Both the position numbers and the translations under genes were made by a program. Below, piece by piece: positions 38,101 through 48,698 of a stretch of 64,000 nucleotides of DNA. Numbering within the stretch: position 1 is the first letter of the stretch; every line of letters starts with the position of its first letter. The stretch comes from a virus: the IMG/VR virus record IMGVR_UViG_3300049491_000083, positions 1 to 64,000 of that record, one strand, 5' to 3'. Under the pieces are notes generated by a model, which saw only the letters and a list, made by a program, of their open reading frames with translations, had not been told where the DNA came from and did no database searches.

Positions 38101-39456
38101 ACATACAGCCTGATCACAGTATCTCCACACTATAAATGATCTGCTCTGGATCGCCCTTGTCAAGGCTGATCATGAGCATGTTGTATACCTCGCCCATGTT
38201 GCGGGGTTCGGTCAACTTGATATGAATGTCCCAGTCAGTCTTTGTATACATTACATCTTCCCCCAATATACGACTGAATCTTCTGTTACCCCGAAATTGA
38301 GTACGAGTAGTTCCCAATTCCACAGGGTACCATCGTTTGCCTGAGACCACGCATCCTTGCCATTATCGGTCTGTCCATCCCACCACCTCATGCGCTGGAA
38401 GGCAAAGCCAGCCTGATCGACAACGACGCTGCCCATGGGCGGCTCTGCCGGGACGGGGAAATGCTCTAGAGATGTGGAAAGGTAGGAGTTTCCCGGCCCA
38501 CCGTTATCAAGTTCAACAAACGTGCGGCCCTCATCGAAGTCACGACCGGGATAGATCTTGGTCACGATGCCAGAAATGTGATGATGATTGGTCTGTCGTA
38601 CTCGCTCTCCAACTTCGAAAGTATTATCAAGTGCCGCATGGAGCATGATCCGCTCAGCACCGGGAGGGAAGGTAAAAGTCACCAGCCCATCGCCCTCAAC
38701 CCATGTGATGGTGCTATCCTTGTCAATCTTCATTGATTGTGCCTCTCTGCTTGGCTTATGGCCCTAGTCTACTACGACTAGTCCCAAGTGTCAAGCCTTT
38801 TCCCGGCGAATTCTCGCTGCATATCACGCAATGTCAGAACTGCTATTAGATCATACATTGGTGCCTTGTCCATCCATTGCTGGGTCACCGAGAGGCCACC
38901 CACCATGGTCATCCACTTGTGAGACACCATATATTCTGCGTCGGCTAGGCCAGCACGATAGCCGTCTACCCATACTTCGGTTTCTCTACCGATATTGCTC
39001 TTCTTTTTGCCCATTATTCACACCTTATCCACAGGATACAAAAGGATATTTATTAGACTACGGTCTTTCGGGCAATCATTCGTGCCCTTTCTGAACGCTT
39101 CTCGCTCTCAGTACGCTTACGCTTGATGATTCTGTCACGCCTGTTCTTTCCATTGGCCCACGCTCCACGCTCAGACAGGGCTAGGCCATAGGCCACCGGC
39201 TCACCATCGCGGAAGAGGACGTAATGCCAGAGGACCCAGCCCTTGCTTACTGCAATGATCCAGTCGTTCTTCATGTTACCGCCTTAATGGTTAGTTCTTC
39301 GATGTTCTCTACCCCGGTGAATTCGCGGCCTAGAAACGTGACGCTCTCAATACTATCAAGGTTATAGAAGGTATCAAGTGCGTCTGCATAGTCTATTGCG
39401 TCAACGTCGATAGCCATTTTGACTGTCTCCGTCCATGTAAATCTAAATGTACTCAT
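32193..39456 (-). other. Long leftward run of ~25 small hypothetical genes
   Basis: Abutting/overlapping ORFs (e.g. 32381-32623, 32826-33056, 33839-34222, 34819-35385, 36616-36867, 37370-37681, 38251-38733). Confidence 0.6.
34406..34822 (-). CDS. Phage lipoprotein
   Basis: Lipobox LAGC; AD.AS.NLS..A..FE..RRIVF.NGITD...KHFLGLSDNV.Y. Confidence 0.8.
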   Translation of the reverse strand: MKNKKIIALAAAGVMGATLLAGCATDADVASSNLSQAAEMFEVNRRIVFINGITDKYILEIQGYCSVETSDSKLGGSLEVTCKTGPTEFKKHFLGLSDNVSYLVEQVEASNVSTYNYRVIFKPDVIVPNIDLETQVTN

Positions 39457-40136
39457 GGGGCTACCCTTCCGTTGTTCACGAACGCAGCGTGGGTAAGCGG
39501 CATTCGATCTTCGAATATATCTTCATACTTCTCTGCCACCATCTCAATTTCCCGCTGAGGGAAGGATGGGAAGCGTGATTCCGGTGCCTTACGACGAAGG
39601 CTCAGGAAGTTCATCAGTGCCCGTGGATTCATGGTGACGTAAGCACTTGAATAGATGTTGACGGGCAAGACCATTCGGGCTACCTCTCGTGCGATACCAA
39701 GGTCAAGCATGGACTGGTACTCTGCGTAGCAATTGGTGGACATTCGCTTGATTGCGGCTACCATTGCTAGATACTGAGGCTCGTTGCCCGGAACGAAACT
39801 GTATGCACCCGGCTTGCCTACTTGAACAAGGTTACGATCAGGTCCGGGGATATAGAAGTCAGGCTTCAACTGGGTGTATCTGCCTGACTCTTCGTTGTAG
39901 TTTGCCATGCGGTGACGCATATGCTCTCGCCATACGAAGATGGGAGCCTCTACCCGGAAGGTAATAATGCCATGCTCAAAGGGGGAGCCATGCCTGTCAC
40001 GCATTAGATAGTTAATCAAGCCCTCTGGATCGGCTGAACTATGGTCTGTACCGGTCGATACCCGTGCTGCCTTGGCAACCATTTCATCGCTGACGCACGA
40101 TTCGATTAGTTCGACGTGCATATCAGATCTAAACAT
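39453..40136 (-). CDS. thyX: Flavin-dependent thymidylate synthase
   Basis: H.SPFEH, RHR-x7-S-GRY, REVAR.VLP. Confidence 0.95.
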   Translation of the reverse strand: MFRSDMHVELIESCVSDEMVAKAARVSTGTDHSSADPEGLINYLMRDRHGSPFEHGIITFRVEAPIFVWREHMRHRMANYNEESGRYTQLKPDFYIPGPDRNLVQVGKPGAYSFVPGNEPQYLAMVAAIKRMSTNCYAEYQSMLDLGIAREVARMVLPVNIYSSAYVTMNPRALMNFLSLRRKAPESRFPSFPQREIEMVAEKYEDIFEDRMPLTHAAFVNNGRVAP

Positions 40137-40608
40137 ACCCTTGGCTCTCTTCTGTCATGTGCGTAGGCCACATGACCTCGCAGTCGGTGTGGCACAGCAC
40201 AGGAGGCTCTATAGCGTCCCATGCGAAGGTCGGGTAGGCAACCGGGTCAAGTTCGAAGAGCCGCTGCCTATGGGACATATGGATAAGTTCATTGTCCAAC
40301 CAGTCAGGCTCTACAATGCCGCCATTGGGGAAGGCGTAGAAGATCTTAAGAGCATTGTCCCACTCGCTGTCAAGATAGATACGGCGGTAGTCACACTCAT
40401 CCTTGATAGTGAGCATGAACTCAAACAGGCAATCTCCATAGCCTCGCCATGCCTCTACCGCTGGATCATTATAGAGTATATTATTAGTGTCGTCTACCGC
40501 TAGAATTTTCAAAATTGTTTGCATATTGTGGAACTGCTGTTCCAAATCCTTGTCGCTCAAATCCTTGGCTGTCTGCTCAAAGGTTGAGTCTGTCATGTAG
40601 ATTATCAT
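40129..40608 (-). CDS. Pyrimidine-dimer glycosylase-like protein (MSMEG_6728 type), divergent
   Basis: PAVEAWRGY...PDWL...HMSHR.RL...DP..Y. Confidence 0.65.
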   Translation of the reverse strand: MIIYMTDSTFEQTAKDLSDKDLEQQFHNMQTILKILAVDDTNNILYNDPAVEAWRGYGDCLFEFMLTIKDECDYRRIYLDSEWDNALKIFYAFPNGGIVEPDWLDNELIHMSHRQRLFELDPVAYPTFAWDAIEPPVLCHTDCEVMWPTHMTEESQGYV

Positions 40609-41367
40609 TACTGCCCTTCAAACTTGGCCTTTAGTCGTTCGTACTCAGCACGTTCACGCTCTAGACTGCGGCGATTATAGACGCTCTTCCACTTCTCATT
40701 CTTCTCAAGGTTCTTAGCCACAACACCTAGACGGTGCTGCTGCTCAGCAGGGGACAGTGGCCTATCAACCTTGATATGGACAAATCCTCCCAGTTCGGCA
40801 CTCTCCATGACATTGCACGCAAGATCATCAAATAGTTCTTCTATGTCATGATCGGTTGCCTTTGCGGCATCGAATCTGACTACATCGATAACCTTGTGGC
40901 TGTAGACCGTCGTTCGGATCTTCATTGTCTCACCAATTCTCAACTGTATAGATAGACTCATCATAGGGCAGGCCGTCTAGGTACTTGTTCTGCTCTCGCA
41001 CATACGCCTGATGCCTGCGGTATGCCCGTGGATGCAAGGCGGCATTGATCCAATAAATAAGAAACATCATTCGTCTATCTCCGTAATAGTGAAGGCGTTA
41101 CCGAACTGCTCGCACCATTCCTCAGCATGTTCCCGCGTGAGGAAACTCCACGCGGGGGAGTCATCTACGTTTAGGGTGACTCTGTATCTAATCATTTCTT
41201 GTCCTCCCAATACACAGTAAGAATGGTCGCATCAGTCCTATAGTCGCTACGGATATTGAACTCGCTAGAACCCGGTACTCCGTAACTGGCTGCTGCATCA
41301 AGGAACGATTGCATGATGTTAAGAGTCATCCTACCACCGGGGACTTCCTCTGTCAAGGAGTGTCTCA

Positions 41368-41955
41368 TTATTCTTCCAATGACTTGTAGAGTGCCCTGAT
41401 CCAGTCGTTGGATTCATCTACGTTATTCTGCTCCCGCTCTTTTGCCTGAGTGTAATACTCAAGGTCACGCTCCGCAGCCTTTATTTCCTGCTCTGCATAT
41501 TCCTTTGGGGTGATGCGAGCGGGAGAGGGATAGATCTTGCAGTCCCATTCAATGGACGATTCCAACTGATCAATCATGAATTTCTTAAGTTCTTCGTGCT
41601 TGGGAGTGGGTGGCTTCCATGCGGTTACATCAGAAAGCATCTGCTCGTACTTTACCCGGCGAGCAAGAGCCTTGGACGCACCCTCGCTCCATGCCTTGAA
41701 GTCTCGCTGATATGCCAACTCAGCCTCTTCAGCGATAGTCTGCTCAGACCAGTAGGAGACAAACCATATCCTTTCCTTGGCCCGTGCTATGTTCTTATCA
41801 GTATAGTCATTAGTTGACCGCAAGGTTGGGGGATTGCTCAATGGTTCGTCACGCTGCTCAATAGTGGCACCAAATGCTCGTGCGCATTGCAGGATGAACT
41901 CGTTACGGGTGATGGGCTTAAGATCGTATAGGTCGGCGGTATATCCAGTAGGCAT
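41368..41955 (-). CDS. Conserved phage hypothetical protein
   Basis: MPTGYTA...F...CARAFGA...W.PPT..H..LK.FM..Q...SI..DC. Confidence 0.7.
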   Translation of the reverse strand: MPTGYTADLYDLKPITRNEFILQCARAFGATIEQRDEPLSNPPTLRSTNDYTDKNIARAKERIWFVSYWSEQTIAEEAELAYQRDFKAWSEGASKALARRVKYEQMLSDVTAWKPPTPKHEELKKFMIDQLESSIEWDCKIYPSPARITPKEYAEQEIKAAERDLEYYTQAKEREQNNVDESNDWIRALYKSLEE

Positions 41956-42434
41956 TAGACTTCCTCTATCCATGCATCTTCGTAGGATGACTCAAGTTCT
42001 ACCCCGTCCTTGCGGGGATTAAGAGTGTCAAACAGTTCCTCGGCATCCTCTTCGTTGTCTGCTACTACGGTGAGCGTATACCATACCCTGTATAGGGTTG
42101 TCTGTTCATATGTTGGCATTATGCCTCCACTAGGTCTAGGGGTGTAGGTGCAGTTAGTTTGGCATGGCAGTAGGCACACTCAGCATTCATGAGGTACCCG
42201 GCGATTTCATATCCTTCATCAAACGTTGCCTGAATTGTGAAAAGATCGCTCCCGCAGATACACTCCCGCGTAGGTATCCCTCTTAGACTTAACTGAGGGC
42301 GTGGGGCCATGCACCGAACAATCCATAGTCCAAACGATAGAACTATTAGTAAGGTCATATCTCTCCTGCCAAATGAAATTTCCCGCCATGACTTCAATTA
42401 TATCGGTCATGACGGGAAAAGTCAATGGCTGTGG

Positions 42435-42584
42435 TCAGATACTTCTACCGAAAATGGCATCTATCTCTGACAGTTCATTCGGTGATATGGCACGCGAACG
42501 CTGCCTATCCCACTCCCTCTGGATGCTCGTAGTGCTTGTGGCACCGTCGAAGATCTTAGAGAAGAATTGTCCAATGGATCGCAT
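42435..42584 (-). CDS. Small hypothetical protein (49 aa)
   Basis: AAGGAGG RBS; promoter TTGCAT-17-TACAAT; ...EWDRQR.RA....E..EIDAIF. Confidence 0.55.
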   Translation of the reverse strand: MRSIGQFFSKIFDGATSTTSIQREWDRQRSRAISPNELSEIDAIFGRSI

Positions 42585-42664
42585 TGTAGTTCCTCCTTGT
42601 TTGTTGATACTTCAATTGTATCAACTCTTTGCAGGAAATGCAAGCGGTTGCAGTGTGACGTTGG

Positions 42665-43147
42665 TTACTCAGGGACAGGCTTGTTCTGATTGTAACTAAA
42701 TCTCACTGGAGGATCTGGACGATATGTTGGATCTGGTGCATCGCCTCTTAGACCTGATCGGCCACGGTTGAACGACGCTACTTGCTGTGCAGCACCGCTG
42801 CTTATTTCTGGATCGTTCTTGAGAATGGCATGGATATGACTACCCCAATACCCCGGAATCTCTGGCCTGAACCATGCAGCAAAGCCACTATCCTTGAGAG
42901 CACGAACAACCTTTTTGCGATCTTCGTCTGTGAGATTGGAGTCAGAAATGTCTACTGCCCCTCCACCATCATGCGTACCAGCACTCTGAGAAACGCCGCC
43001 ACGATTATACGAGCCTTGAGCGATTACATAGAGTTGCTTGATGCCGTCGATCTTCTCCGCGTACTTAAGCGCAGCAATAGTTCGCCGGTTCAGTTTCTTT
43101 GAGCGGAAATACACTCGCTCCTGTGGGTCTTTTAGTGTTGTTGTCAT
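42665..43147 (-). CDS. Putative Zn peptidoglycan peptidase (M15-like), stand-alone
   Basis: QGSYN...SAGTHDGGGAVD...AAWFR...HIH (H-x6-D...HxH). Confidence 0.7.
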   Translation of the reverse strand: MTTTLKDPQERVYFRSKKLNRRTIAALKYAEKIDGIKQLYVIAQGSYNRGGVSQSAGTHDGGGAVDISDSNLTDEDRKKVVRALKDSGFAAWFRPEIPGYWGSHIHAILKNDPEISSGAAQQVASFNRGRSGLRGDAPDPTYRPDPPVRFSYNQNKPVPE

Positions 43148-43162
43148 GCAACAATTATACCA

Positions 43163-43720
43163 CTATGAAGCGATCCAGATTCCGTAGAGGTAAGGCTCCC
43201 CGTAGGTGCGAGAGTCAACAAAGTCAAACGCCTTGACTGTCCATCCTGCTCCTGTCATCAGGCCCTCTACGCCTTCACGATCCCACGCCCAGTAATGCTC
43301 AGCGTTAGTGTCGCCCCAGCATTCCAGCGGGGTAGACAGGACAAGATAGGATGACTTATCTCTGATCAGTGCAAGCACAAGGTCAGGATCATCAACATGC
43401 TCAAGAGTCTCACTGAGGATATAGGCATCCACATTGGGAATAAGGGCGAGGTTATCCTCTAGTCTGCCCGTGTACTGATACCCCGGAGCATAGTCCCCAA
43501 GGATCATCGTGGGGCACGCAAGAGCCTTGGCAATGTATGCGTTGCCACAGGACAGGTCGGCAATGGATAGCGTCTGCGCTGGCAGATGCTTGCGAGCCAA
43601 CTTAACTGTAGCCGCTACCCGCTCACCATGACCACGACCATAGATAAGATGGTTGTGTGGTGTAGCATATATGCTACCAAGTTCCTCGTCTGTCCACTTG
43701 GGTCGTACCCGCTCTATCAT
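43163..43720 (-). CDS. Class I SAM-dependent methyltransferase
   Basis: DLSCGN, SETLEHVDDP, STP, EHYW. Confidence 0.8.
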   Translation of the reverse strand: MIERVRPKWTDEELGSIYATPHNHLIYGRGHGERVAATVKLARKHLPAQTLSIADLSCGNAYIAKALACPTMILGDYAPGYQYTGRLEDNLALIPNVDAYILSETLEHVDDPDLVLALIRDKSSYLVLSTPLECWGDTNAEHYWAWDREGVEGLMTGAGWTVKAFDFVDSRTYGEPYLYGIWIAS

Positions 43721-44406
43721 CGTACCACTCGCATATCGTGTCCTCGTGTCTCAATGGCCCCGACAGCCTCGGGGTAGTGCTTGGCGAACACGTCCTTGCG
43801 AACGTATGTCTTGATGCCCAATAGATCAATGGCATCCTTGTGGTAGCAGGGATCGTCCGACCCGTCAACCGGGTCCCAACGCCAGCGGATCTTGCGGAAC
43901 ACGTCACGATGAATCATGATACATGCTGCCGATGCCATAACGTCCATGACGGGGAAGGGGAAGTCCGGTACGTCAGGGCCGATCAGGCAGTAGGTCCGAA
44001 TGTAGGGAGCCACCAGAGGGTGATTCATCTCAAGCATTCTCGGGACGATATCATCGGGAGGCATACAGTCAGCAGCCATGAACAGCAACCAGTCAGCACC
44101 AGTAGAGACAGCGTAGTCTGTTACTAGGTTCTGTCCATTGGTGATGTGTCGCAGTCTATTCGCTGTGGTTACCTGTACCCGCCCATCATCAAGGCTGTAT
44201 GTCCAGTAGTCCCCGCCAATCTCTTCCAACTTCTGGAGCAGCGGAGCGAAAGGCTCAAGGCCCCGTGCGTCTACCTCAATGGCAGCGAATGGCTTGACAG
44301 TTTCGTTTGTGTTGGCACGAACCTGATCGATGTTCCTGACCCACGCTTCCCATGTATCCTTCTGATCCATGACAAAGGCTGCCAGTGTTGTTCCAATGAC
44401 AATCAT
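43717..44406 (-). CDS. GT-A fold glycosyltransferase (GT2-like)
   Basis: DWLLFMAAD, CIMIHRDVF, SDD..Y, C-terminal H. Confidence 0.75.
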   Translation of the reverse strand: MIVIGTTLAAFVMDQKDTWEAWVRNIDQVRANTNETVKPFAAIEVDARGLEPFAPLLQKLEEIGGDYWTYSLDDGRVQVTTANRLRHITNGQNLVTDYAVSTGADWLLFMAADCMPPDDIVPRMLEMNHPLVAPYIRTYCLIGPDVPDFPFPVMDVMASAACIMIHRDVFRKIRWRWDPVDGSDDPCYHKDAIDLLGIKTYVRKDVFAKHYPEAVGAIETRGHDMRVVR

Positions 44407-45284
44407 GACTTCCCCTTAAGTGCCCTAGCAATACCCTCTTCAATGGTAATCTTGGGCTTGTAGATAGTATTCAAAAACGTTGGGTCGCCTACTCTGTAGG
44501 AGCATCCCCGTGGAGCATCCTTGCTGTATTCGATGGGCCTGACGTTACCTGCTGCCGTCATGAACATATTGGCAAGTCTGGTGAAGTCCACGCCACGCCC
44601 GGTAGAAAGATTGACAGGCTCTTCTATGTCAGCCTCAAAGATAGCCATGCACGCTCGCATGATATCATCGACGTGAATCCAGTCACGGGTCTGAGTACCG
44701 TCGCTCCACACTTCGAATGTCTTGGTACGAGCCTTGGCTTTCTTGAGGAACGAACCGAATGGATAGTCTGGAGACTGAGTGGTGCCATAGCCACTGAAAG
44801 GCCTGACAACATGGACTCTGGCCCCATGCTCGCGTGCTACGCTAGCCATGAACTCTCCGGTCAACTTAGACCACCCGTAGGTGTTGTCCGGGGTACCGTG
44901 AAGTTTCTTTAACTTGATATCGTTCTCTCGCAGGGCAATGTTGTACTCACCCTCCTGCAAGTAGGTGGGATACGCAGCGGAACTAGAGAAGTACAGGACG
45001 GGAGTCTTAGTCCTGACAGCCCAATTGAACATCGCCTGATCGATAGCCATGTTGCGTGCTACCCATAGCGGTGCCTTATCAATGGCTGCACGACCGCCCA
45101 CATTGGCTGCCGCATGAATCAGCAGATCAAACTTGGAGTCGGCGTTCTCAAAATACTTTACCGCATCGTAGCGGTTGCCGTTGGCAATGTCGAACCCGAA
45201 TGTTGACCACTTGTTCTTCTTCAAATACTTAGTGAAGTTACTCCCGATGAAACCAGCATTGCCGGTGATCATTACGCTCTTCAT
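44403..45284 (-). CDS. NAD-dependent nucleotide-sugar epimerase/dehydratase
   Basis: GNAGFIG, HAAA, SSSAAY, YGWSK, RPFSGYG, RDWIHV.D. Confidence 0.92.
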   Translation of the reverse strand: MKSVMITGNAGFIGSNFTKYLKKNKWSTFGFDIANGNRYDAVKYFENADSKFDLLIHAAANVGGRAAIDKAPLWVARNMAIDQAMFNWAVRTKTPVLYFSSSAAYPTYLQEGEYNIALRENDIKLKKLHGTPDNTYGWSKLTGEFMASVAREHGARVHVVRPFSGYGTTQSPDYPFGSFLKKAKARTKTFEVWSDGTQTRDWIHVDDIMRACMAIFEADIEEPVNLSTGRGVDFTRLANMFMTAAGNVRPIEYSKDAPRGCSYRVGDPTFLNTIYKPKITIEEGIARALKGKS

Positions 45285-45553
45285 TGCCGTGCCTTCCTGA
45301 CACAATCGTCATAGTCATCATAGTCACCATCAGCAGGTATACCGAGAAGTTCACAGAAGTTCTTCCATGTTTCCTCTACCCGTGAGTCACCCTCATCTGT
45401 CAGGATGACTAGATTATAGGCCACCGCCTGAGCCATGGGGATACCGAAGTCGTTGTAACTCACAAACGCCGTAAGTTTGTCAGCGGGATAGAATACGCGG
45501 TTATCCCGCATGAACTCCTCAATGATATTGCACTTGGTTTCTAGACTGGTCAT
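45281..45553 (-). CDS. Hypothetical protein
   Basis: Coupled ORF. Confidence 0.55.
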   Translation of the reverse strand: MTSLETKCNIIEEFMRDNRVFYPADKLTAFVSYNDFGIPMAQAVAYNLVILTDEGDSRVEETWKNFCELLGIPADGDYDDYDDCVRKARQ

Positions 45554-45719
45554 CGATACCGCTTCTTCAATGGTCGGCGCAGTCCATGACGGACCAGTTC
45601 TGTAAATGCCTGTCCGTACTTCTTCTCTGCTCCCTCGCCAGACTTACCAGCGGTCTTGCGAACGTTGTCACCAGCAGCGGCAAAGGCACGCTCAAGCCTA
45701 TCGGCCTGATCCTTGTCGA

Positions 45720-46133
45720 TCATGCCGCCTCATCTTCCCAAGGGTTGTCAAGGTCAGGCTCTACGGCTGCCACTGGCTTTGCTGCGGCCTCTTCTACGAC
45801 CTTGGGGCTAGAGAAGAGGATAGAGATACCAATGTCTGTTGCATCAATCTCATACCCGTAGCCGTCACGACCATCGGTGTGCTTGAATGCGCGGCCCTTC
45901 AACTTGCCGGTCACGATGACCTTCTGGCCCTTCTGCAACCCGGCTGCTGCCGTGCCCAACTTCCGCCATGCGGAAACATCGATGTAGGTGGACTCACCAT
46001 CTGTCCACTGTCCATCCTTATTTACTCGTTCATTGGTGGCCAGTCTCAATTTTGTGAGATTTGAGGTACCAAAGTCCTTGGCCTCGGCATCCCTAACAAG
46101 GTTGCCCACGATAGTAATTGTATTAGAACTCAT
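45720..46133 (-). CDS. ssb: Single-stranded DNA-binding protein
   Basis: ITIVGNL, LRLATNER, V.AWRKL, KGQKVIVTG, acidic tail ending PW. Confidence 0.92.
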   Translation of the reverse strand: MSSNTITIVGNLVRDAEAKDFGTSNLTKLRLATNERVNKDGQWTDGESTYIDVSAWRKLGTAAAGLQKGQKVIVTGKLKGRAFKHTDGRDGYGYEIDATDIGISILFSSPKVVEEAAAKPVAAVEPDLDNPWEDEAA

Positions 46134-46423
46134 TGCATTCTCCTGTACGCATTCTTTAGATGCTCCGGTAGTGTTTCGCCTGTGTCTATCACTGGCTCAA
46201 GTGTAACAGGATTCCCGTTACTTGTCAAGATCTTTCGTATCTTTGCTAGGTACTTTACGCAGTCAAGTCGCTCTTTCTCAGTGAAGTAGTTCCACTGTGA
46301 TTCGTATATCCGTACAGACATAAAGCGTGGTGCGTAGTTCTCGTATTCGACAACCTCAATGATGAAGCCATGAGGCGGCTTGATTTCGTGAATGGCCCTA
46401 CGCATGGCCGGGGTGTACATCAT
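46130..46423 (-). CDS. Hypothetical protein
   Basis: Coupled ORF. Confidence 0.6.
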   Translation of the reverse strand: MMYTPAMRRAIHEIKPPHGFIIEVVEYENYAPRFMSVRIYESQWNYFTEKERLDCVKYLAKIRKILTSNGNPVTLEPVIDTGETLPEHLKNAYRRMQ

Positions 46424-46743
46424 TTCGACTCCATAAGTGCTGCCTGCCAGATATTGAACCAGTCCTGAGAAGTCTTGTGCGAGTTGAATTCCTTGGATAT
46501 CTTGCCCTTCTCAAGGTAGACACCGCCCCATACTCCTGACTCCTGCTTGCTTACCCCGGTTGCTAGGCATTGACTCTGGACGGGGCACAACTGGCAGAAC
46601 TGATCGATGTTTGCTCTGTACTCTGGATCTTCAACACTGTCAGGATCATTGATATCCCTGCCAAAGTTCTCATAGAGGTCAAAGAATTCTGCCGTGTCCC
46701 TTCCAAGGCACAGGGCATCCTCTGACCACTTATACATGCTCAT
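46420..46743 (-). CDS. whiB: WhiB-family Fe-S transcription factor
   Basis: W...ALC...CQLCPVQSQC...GVWGG. Confidence 0.88.
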   Translation of the reverse strand: MSMYKWSEDALCLGRDTAEFFDLYENFGRDINDPDSVEDPEYRANIDQFCQLCPVQSQCLATGVSKQESGVWGGVYLEKGKISKEFNSHKTSQDWFNIWQAALMESK

Positions 46744-47952
46744 CCCCTAATCACCTTGTCTGGAATGATCCAGCCGTCAGGGGTAAGTTCATATGAGATG
46801 CGACGGTACCACTTGTTGGTGTCCTTGTTGTAGACTCCGTTGGGCAGGTACTCAGCATAGTCATCCTCAATGAGTTGAACAATGTCCCAACCTTCCCATC
46901 CAAGCGTCTTGGTATTCTCAACAATCTCCTGAGCCTCTTCAAGGTTGCTAACTATCATTGGATGACCTCTCTGTTGTTATGAGTACCGCCATTGCTAGTG
47001 CTATTGTGGATAGGAAAATGAAGATGAATCCTACCTGACGTGTAGCAATTCCGTACACGAGGTTCATACCCACGGTCAACAGCCATGTGCAAATGAGGAT
47101 GATATAGTTGAGCATATTGGGTCGCCTGAATACCGTCCAATAGAGCATGGCATAGTACAGGCCAGTAACGCCGAACATCACGAGCGACCAGTCGTTGAGA
47201 CTCATACCCGGAAAATCCCTACTTCGCGGTCAAGGAGTTCTGCCGCCGCGACAAGGCGGGATACAGGCTCACGCTTCTGACTAAAGTACGCCAGATAGTC
47301 AACTGTTTGAAGGCGATTCTCAATAGTCTTAGGCGGGTACATTCTGAATGTTACCCGGTGTCCCTTGGACTTTAGATAGTTTTCTGTAGAGTTGCAGAAC
47401 GATGCCGTGAAGTTATTGATTTTGTGTGGACCGGCAGACCACACTTCGATAGGGGCACCGTCCGGTGCCTGCGATAGTGCGACTCCCATGGCACGCATGA
47501 AAGTCTCGTAGTCCGAGAACGTTTTTGTTCCCTCAACTGCAATAATCATTGTCTTATCCTAAGCCGTCTAGCACCTTCAACAGTTTGTGCATTTCCTCTT
47601 CGGGTAATGCGTATGCATCTATTGGCTGTGCTGAGCCATGTACAACATGGCCGTCGATGAAGTCGCCTTGATAGAATACGTTGTCCTTGACCCAGTAGGC
47701 CTTGTCTCCGTGAATGGAGACTCGCAGGAGATTCTCTTTCCGCGTTTGGCCTATCTGGGACAAGGGCAGCGGTTCACTTGGCTGGCTTGGCTGCTCCGGT
47801 GTCGGGAACAGCATTTCCTTCAAGTTGTGCCTTAAGATCATTAATGGTAGCCGTAGCCGAGATCTGATATTGAACGAAATCAAACTCAAGTTGACTGGAC
47901 TTATTGCGGTAATAGTCCACCAAAGTCTGAAGATCCGCCGTTGGTTGGTCAT
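46740..47952 (-). other. Small hypothetical genes (46740-46958, 46948-47205 membrane, 47202-47549 and others)
   Basis: Coupled ORFs. Confidence 0.55.
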
Positions 47953-47987
47953 TCATCATGTACTCCTTCTTGTAGGATTCAATTGTA

Positions 47988-48551
47988 TCAAATCGATAAC
48001 GGCTTGTCAAGTGCACTGGAAGAAATAATTGTTCCAGTTGCATTCTTTTGTAGGCTTGCCACGCCAGCGGCGTGAGCCTTGCGAACAAGTTCCTCTTCGG
48101 ATGCTCCGATGCTCTTGTTCAGACCCCACTCTACGGGAATCTTGTCCTGCATATTAAGATCAACTGCTCGCTGCATTATGTGTCGCATAGCACGGCTGCC
48201 CGGATGAGCCTGCGCCTTTGTGAACAGGCCGATAGCCTTGTCCATATCCTCTGCGTCAAGGATCGGGAACGAGCCACTTTGCATGGCTTGACCACGATTG
48301 GCCATAATTCTTAGGTCCCTATCTGAATACTTCTCTGTCATCTGCATATCTCCCATATCTTCGGTATTGTCTGCTGCCATGGCCGCTTCGGCTGCTGCTT
48401 GTGTTGCATAACACCCCTGAAGTTCGCCGTCGCCATTGACAATTGCGTACCCGTCGCATCCGGGTACCCCTGTCTTGATAGAATCTCCATCCTTTCGGAC
48501 TTCGTTCTTCCTCTTGCCGGTTGATTCCTTAGTCTCATCCTTAACAGCCAT
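47988..48551 (-). CDS. Hypothetical protein, possibly head-associated
   Basis: GSFPI...D...AI...HI..RA..L....IP..W domain; follows a late-type promoter next to terminase. Confidence 0.55.
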   Translation of the reverse strand: MAVKDETKESTGKRKNEVRKDGDSIKTGVPGCDGYAIVNGDGELQGCYATQAAAEAAMAADNTEDMGDMQMTEKYSDRDLRIMANRGQAMQSGSFPILDAEDMDKAIGLFTKAQAHPGSRAMRHIMQRAVDLNMQDKIPVEWGLNKSIGASEEELVRKAHAAGVASLQKNATGTIISSSALDKPLSI

Positions 48552-48698
48552 GTTATCCCTTTGCTCCAGACTTTATGTTCTTGGGGTAGGGCTGGGTAAC
48601 CTTGTCGCTCGTGATGACGTTAGGGTCAACCTCTTCGACGTGTGGCTCCACAGCCATCTTATTGAAAGTGTTTTCTAGCATACCTAATTATACCACCC

